Origin: Nitrososphaeria archaeon
GTDB taxonomy: Archaea > Thermoproteota > Nitrososphaeria > JACIWG01
Reading direction: 5' to 3'
Assembly (NCBI GenBank): GCA_049969935.1
Contig: JBMFNX010000002.1
Span: 5,789 to 69,788 of the forward strand
Length of the DNA: 64,000 nt
Below, piece by piece: positions 59,769 to 64,000 of this stretch. The notes under the pieces are model-generated. The model was not told the origin of the DNA. It searched no databases and saw only the letters and a list, made by a program, of their open reading frames with translations. Position numbers and translations under genes: made by a program. Every line of letters begins with the position of its first letter. The stretch's first letter is position 1.

Positions 59769-61272
59769 AACTGAGGGGTATTTTATATTAAGTAAAAGTG
59801 ACGAAAAAATTGGGCATGTGATAGAGGAGAGTCTGGAGGAGTGTAAAAAGACTTTAATAAAAGGAGCTGAAAAAGACCTTGAAAACGCATGCTATATTAG
59901 GTCATGGAATATTACAGAAAACATGTTAAACTTTACTCTCAATTCCGGTAATCTAGTTAGATCACATGTTGGTCTCTTAAGATTAAAAAAGGTTTTAGCA
60001 AAAGAACTTGGAGAAAAATTAAAAGTAGGAATAAGAAAAGTGTCAGCCAAAAATTTTAAGGTTATATTATTTGATAAGGTAGATGAGATAGCTGTAAATA
60101 AAATTAAATCAATGCCTAAGATTAGAGACGTATATTTTGAGGGCGATAAAACTGTAATATTATTAGAAGATTTAGATGAAAACGATTTAAGAGGAAATTT
60201 AATTGACAGGTTAATTAACTTGATCGAAGAAGTATCAAAAGAAAAACATGTTTCTTATGAACAAATTCAACCAATAGTTAGAAGTTCTCAACCAAAACAA
60301 ATGAAGTTTACGGGGGATCCTCTTATTACAGGCATAGAACTTGGATGGGTTATTCCCTTCCCTGGAAGAGGACAATTTATATACACTAGCAAGTATGCAG
60401 CACTTTTTGAGGCTATAAAAGCAATCCTTATTGAAGAAGTTGCCAAAAAAGGAGGATTTAAACCCTTCCTTCTACCAAAGTTAATACCTTTTGAAGTTAT
60501 GAAAAAGATGCCAGGCTACTTTGATAGCATACCAGAAGGAATGTTTTACGTATGCCCGCCTCCGAGGGAGCCAGAGGCATTTGATAACTTTAAACTAGAA
60601 TATAAAATAAAAAAAGAAGTGCCTATAGAGGAACTGAAAAAAGTTCTAAAAGATCCAGCATATGTATTAGCACCAGCACAGTGTGAACCATTCTGGTACT
60701 ATTATAGCGTTATAAAGCACAAATCTGAAACATTGCCTTTGAAATATTATGATGCATCAGGTTATACATACAGATGGGAGGGTGGAGGGGTTGAAGGCCT
60801 CGTAAGAGTGACAGAATTTCAACGTATTGAACTAACTTATGTCGGCTTTCCTGAACAGGTAGTAAAAATAAGAGATGAGATTGTAGAAAAGGGAGTTTAT
60901 GTTGCAGATAAAATATTAGACCTAGAATGGAGGATAACAGCAGCAGCACCCTTTTATGTTAAGGAAGGTTCATCAAACTTTGACCCATACAATAGTATTG
61001 AGGTACCAGCGTATGATATTGAAATATATTTACCCTACAGAGGGGCGAGAGAAAGTTCAGAGTGGCTTGAGATTGCAGGGTGCTTTGTACACAAGAAAAA
61101 ATTTGTCGATTCATTTAAAATTAAATGTGAAGAAAATTTAGAAATTTGGACTGGTTGTACTGGGTTAGGCGTTTCCAGATGGGTTGCAGCATTTCTTGCA
61201 GAAAAAGGTTTTAAAGAAGAAGATTGGCCAGCCATAGTAAGAGAAAAATATAGAGCAATTCTAGGTGAATAG
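59743..61272 (+). CDS. serS: Serine--tRNA ligase, methanogen-type (type 2)
   Basis: Large N-terminal domain (SG..VR.H..LLR), FPGRGQ, PEGM.YVCPP.R.P, APAQCEPF, YRWEGGG, WTGCTG.G motifs. Confidence 0.9.
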   Translation: MEMKKIQTETEGYFILSKSDEKIGHVIEESLEECKKTLIKGAEKDLENACYIRSWNITENMLNFTLNSGNLVRSHVGLLRLKKVLAKELGEKLKVGIRKVSAKNFKVILFDKVDEIAVNKIKSMPKIRDVYFEGDKTVILLEDLDENDLRGNLIDRLINLIEEVSKEKHVSYEQIQPIVRSSQPKQMKFTGDPLITGIELGWVIPFPGRGQFIYTSKYAALFEAIKAILIEEVAKKGGFKPFLLPKLIPFEVMKKMPGYFDSIPEGMFYVCPPPREPEAFDNFKLEYKIKKEVPIEELKKVLKDPAYVLAPAQCEPFWYYYSVIKHKSETLPLKYYDASGYTYRWEGGGVEGLVRVTEFQRIELTYVGFPEQVVKIRDEIVEKGVYVADKILDLEWRITAAAPFYVKEGSSNFDPYNSIEVPAYDIEIYLPYRGARESSEWLEIAGCFVHKKKFVDSFKIKCEENLEIWTGCTGLGVSRWVAAFLAEKGFKEEDWPAIVREKYRAILGE

Positions 61273-61888
61273 GATGCCAAAAAAGGGGATAAAAGTAAAA
61301 GATAAGTGGAGGGAAAAAATATGGATTTCTGTTGAAGCACCAGCTATATTTGGAAACAAAATTATAGCAAAAATACCTGTAACAAATATTGAGAATGCTA
61401 TTGGAAGATGTGTTGAGACAACTCTTTTTGACATACTTGGAGAAAGTGAAGAACAGTATGCGGTTAAGTTAAAGTTTCAAATTAAAGAAATAGTTGGAGA
61501 AACTGCAAAAACAGAAGTCAAACAGTATGAACTTGCACGTGAAACTCTAAAAAGTCTTATAAGAAAAGGAACTTCAATTGTGGATTTTTACAAAAATCTA
61601 GAAACAAAGGATAAAGCAAAGATCAGAATTTTTGCAATAGTTTACACTTCAAGTAGAATTAATACTTCAAAGAAGAAAAGTATTAGGAAGATAATGGATG
61701 AAATTATAAGTAAAAAAGTAGAAAAACTAACATTTGACCAATTTGTACTTGAATCTGTTCTAGGGAAAATTGGTTCCGAGATTTTAACAGAGGCAAAAAA
61801 GATTACTAAAATAAGGTATGCGAATGTAAGAAAAATTAAGGTATTAGGTTATCCATTAAAAGAGACATTAACCCCTAGCCTTAGTTGA
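61265..61888 (+). CDS. rps3ae: Ribosomal protein S3Ae (eS1)
   Basis: KDKW..K.W..V.AP..FG, GR.VETTL, VRKIKVL motifs. Confidence 0.95.
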   Translation: MNRMPKKGIKVKDKWREKIWISVEAPAIFGNKIIAKIPVTNIENAIGRCVETTLFDILGESEEQYAVKLKFQIKEIVGETAKTEVKQYELARETLKSLIRKGTSIVDFYKNLETKDKAKIRIFAIVYTSSRINTSKKKSIRKIMDEIISKKVEKLTFDQFVLESVLGKIGSEILTEAKKITKIRYANVRKIKVLGYPLKETLTPSLS

Positions 61889-63073
61889 AACTATCTTTAT
61901 AACATCACCGTCTGAAAGAATATGTTCAGCACCTATACGTATACCTCGTTTAACATCTATCGCGTAAAGGAAACCGTCACCCAAATCACTATGTATCTTG
62001 TACGCTAAATCTTTTGCAGTAGAACCTCTTTTGATCAAGTAGGCTTCTGGTAAAACATTACCCTCTTTATCAGACAGAGAACGTTCATCTTCAACTGGAT
62101 ATACTGTTATAAGCTGTAAAATGTCCTTGAATATAAAATTTATAATTTCCTGAACCCCTGTTGAACCCCATTTTTTTAAAACCCTATCTCTTATCACTTC
62201 CAAAGCCTTTTTTTGTTGCTCATTTAAGTTTGAAGAAATTATTTTAAAATCAGGATCACCGGGTATATATTCGATCAACTTCTTCTCAGAAGCACGTCTC
62301 AACACCAATTCTGCTTCAGCTGAACATGGAAAACATGCTCTTCCAGTAGATTTTATTTTTTCATAATTTAATGGAGCTGGAAAAAGATCAATTTTATTTG
62401 CTGCAATTACTATAGGTTTAGAAAGCTCTCTAAGCCTACGAACAAACATTATAAGACTTGAATCAGTCCAACTGGAAAATTTTTTATTTATTAAACCACA
62501 ATCTTCGATTGCCTTAAGTATATGTGCACGTGTTATGGAAAGACCGGATAGCTTTTGCTGGAGCTGGACCACACCATTATCGAAGCTTGAATCACAAACT
62601 TTACAAATTCTTTGCCAATCACTTTTTATAATATCTTGTAACCATAAGTCAAGTTCGTTTTCAACAAATTGTATGTCTTCTAGTGGATCATGTGAACCAG
62701 GTGTTACTGGATGGCCTTCAACGTCTGTTGAACCAGCAGCATCAACAACATGGATTAAAGCGTCAGCCTGTCTAAGGTCGTCAAGAAACTTATTTCCTAA
62801 ACCTCGTCCAGAGGACGCGCCTGGCACAAGGCCGGCGACATCCATCAACTTTACAGGAATTAAGCGTACACCATCTATGCATATGGAGGTGGTGGGGTTA
62901 TCCTTTACACCTAATTCTCTACAAACACATTTCGTTCTAAAATAGCCTATACCAACATTAGGATTAATTGTAGTAAATGGATAGTTTCCAATAGGAACAT
63001 TCAGCATTGTTGCAGCACTAAAGAAGGTACTTTTACCCACATTTGTTTTCCCAATTATTCCAACTAACATCAA
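61868..63073 (-). CDS. YchF/Ola1-family translation-associated GTPase (archaeal type)
   Basis: GKTNVGKST, NYPFTTI.PN, DVAGLVPGA..GRGLGNKFL, NKID, C-terminal TGS domain. Confidence 0.93.
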   Translation of the reverse strand: MMLVGIIGKTNVGKSTFFSAATMLNVPIGNYPFTTINPNVGIGYFRTKCVCRELGVKDNPTTSICIDGVRLIPVKLMDVAGLVPGASSGRGLGNKFLDDLRQADALIHVVDAAGSTDVEGHPVTPGSHDPLEDIQFVENELDLWLQDIIKSDWQRICKVCDSSFDNGVVQLQQKLSGLSITRAHILKAIEDCGLINKKFSSWTDSSLIMFVRRLRELSKPIVIAANKIDLFPAPLNYEKIKSTGRACFPCSAEAELVLRRASEKKLIEYIPGDPDFKIISSNLNEQQKKALEVIRDRVLKKWGSTGVQEIINFIFKDILQLITVYPVEDERSLSDKEGNVLPEAYLIKRGSTAKDLAYKIHSDLGDGFLYAIDVKRGIRIGAEHILSDGDVIKIVSTKARG

Positions 63074-63133
63074 AAGGTGATTAGCATAGATAGTAAAAAA
63101 AGATTTAATCTTTATACTTCATCAAAAATTGGT

Positions 63134-64000
63134 ATGGAAAGGATAATAGTGGTTGGAGGGGGAGTTGCTGGAGTATCGGCTGCATTAGGTGCAAGGAAAC
63201 AAAATGAAAAAATAGAAATCATAATAATTGAAAAAGAAAAATATACAGGTTATTTAAGAGGAAAATTACCTTACATAATTTCGGGTGAAATAAGTTATGA
63301 CAAAGTAATTCCTAGAATAGATTTTTTAAAAGAAAAAAGGATACAAGTATTTCTATCTTCCATTGTAAATAAGGTTGACTTAAATGGCAAAAAAATAACC
63401 TTTATGAACTCAGAAAAGCATGAAAGAACAATAGATTTTTCTAAAATAGTATTTGCTATAGGCAGTATACCTCTAACACTTAATGTAAGAGGACGTAATC
63501 TTGATAGAATATATGAATTGAGAACAATAGAGGATGCTATCAAGATAAACAAAGAAGTAATGAAAAACGTAAGAGTAGTAATAGTTGGCGGAGGACTTGT
63601 CGCTGTCAAAACGGCTGAATCGTTACTTAAGAGGGGATGCAAAATTGTTATGGTTTTTCCTGAGCCCGAAATTTTGTACAAAGTTTTTGATGATAATATT
63701 GGAAAAGTTTTTAGGGAAAAAATGGAAAAAAGAGGGGTAGAAGTTATTCATAAAAATAAGGTAAAAGCTTTCTATGGTACAAAAAGTGTGGAAGCTGCAG
63801 ATACAGAGAAGGGTGTGATTTCATGTGATATGGTTATTTTAGCTTTAGGTTCAAAACCGAATACTGTCCTAGCTAAGGAGGCAGGAATACCTTTAGGCCA
63901 ATATGATGGGATAATTGTTGATGAAAGAATGGAAACATTGAAGAAGGGTGTGTATGCTGCTGGAGATTGCGCAGAATATACTAATTTTATAACAAAGGAA
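63134..64000 (+). CDS. FAD/NAD(P)H oxidoreductase, NADH oxidase/CoA-disulfide reductase family (3' truncated by window edge)
   Basis: Manual translation MERIIVVGGGVAGVSAA..., IVGGGLVA, GVYAAGDCAE. Confidence 0.85.
   Translation, partial: MERIIVVGGGVAGVSAALGARKQNEKIEIIIIEKEKYTGYLRGKLPYIISGEISYDKVIPRIDFLKEKRIQVFLSSIVNKVDLNGKKITFMNSEKHERTIDFSKIVFAIGSIPLTLNVRGRNLDRIYELRTIEDAIKINKEVMKNVRVVIVGGGLVAVKTAESLLKRGCKIVMVFPEPEILYKVFDDNIGKVFREKMEKRGVEVIHKNKVKAFYGTKSVEAADTEKGVISCDMVILALGSKPNTVLAKEAGIPLGQYDGIIVDERMETLKKGVYAAGDCAEYTNFITKE

Noticed and set aside
314..63681. Many 60-190 aa ORFs antisense to or overlapping real genes (e.g. 384-713, 10605-11096, 21896-22462, 27522-28073, 41472-41879, 63295-63681)
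   Set aside because: Shadow ORFs of well-supported genes, with Ser/Ile/Phe-rich antisense composition
1..64000. CRISPR arrays, IS elements, or integrated elements at the seven tRNA genes
   Set aside because: No repeat-spacer arrays, transposases, integrases or duplicated tRNA 3' ends were seen

Overview
Archaeal core-genome window, AT-rich and gene-dense. By inference from gene content it belongs to the Thermoproteota/TACK group, probably a deep Nitrososphaeria/Geothermarchaeota/Aigarchaeota-like lineage. It carries dnaK (3' end)/dnaJ, purine and cofactor genes, a replication cluster (hel308-mcm-gins, rfcS, rfcL, cdc6), a glycan cluster, moaABC, EF-2, the exosome/proteasome superoperon, KEOPS genes, seven tRNA genes and two candidate C/D-box sRNAs. 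The main finding is in the EF-2 (fusA) gene. It is split by a 31-nt insertion (45445-45475) that forms a perfect bulge-helix-bulge motif. Splicing at the canonical BHB positions restores the conserved QIRNLGVVAHVDHGK sequence, so this looks like a tRNA-type mRNA intron in an essential translation factor. A 613-aa LAGLIDADG intein lies 35 nt further downstream in the same gene. Other notable items are two tRNAs with C33 instead of U33, a wHTH/ATP-cone/catalytically dead class III RNR fusion, a probable ATT start on psmA, an orphan arcadin-1 and a methanogen-type SerRS. All calls come from reading the sequence by eye; no searches were run.
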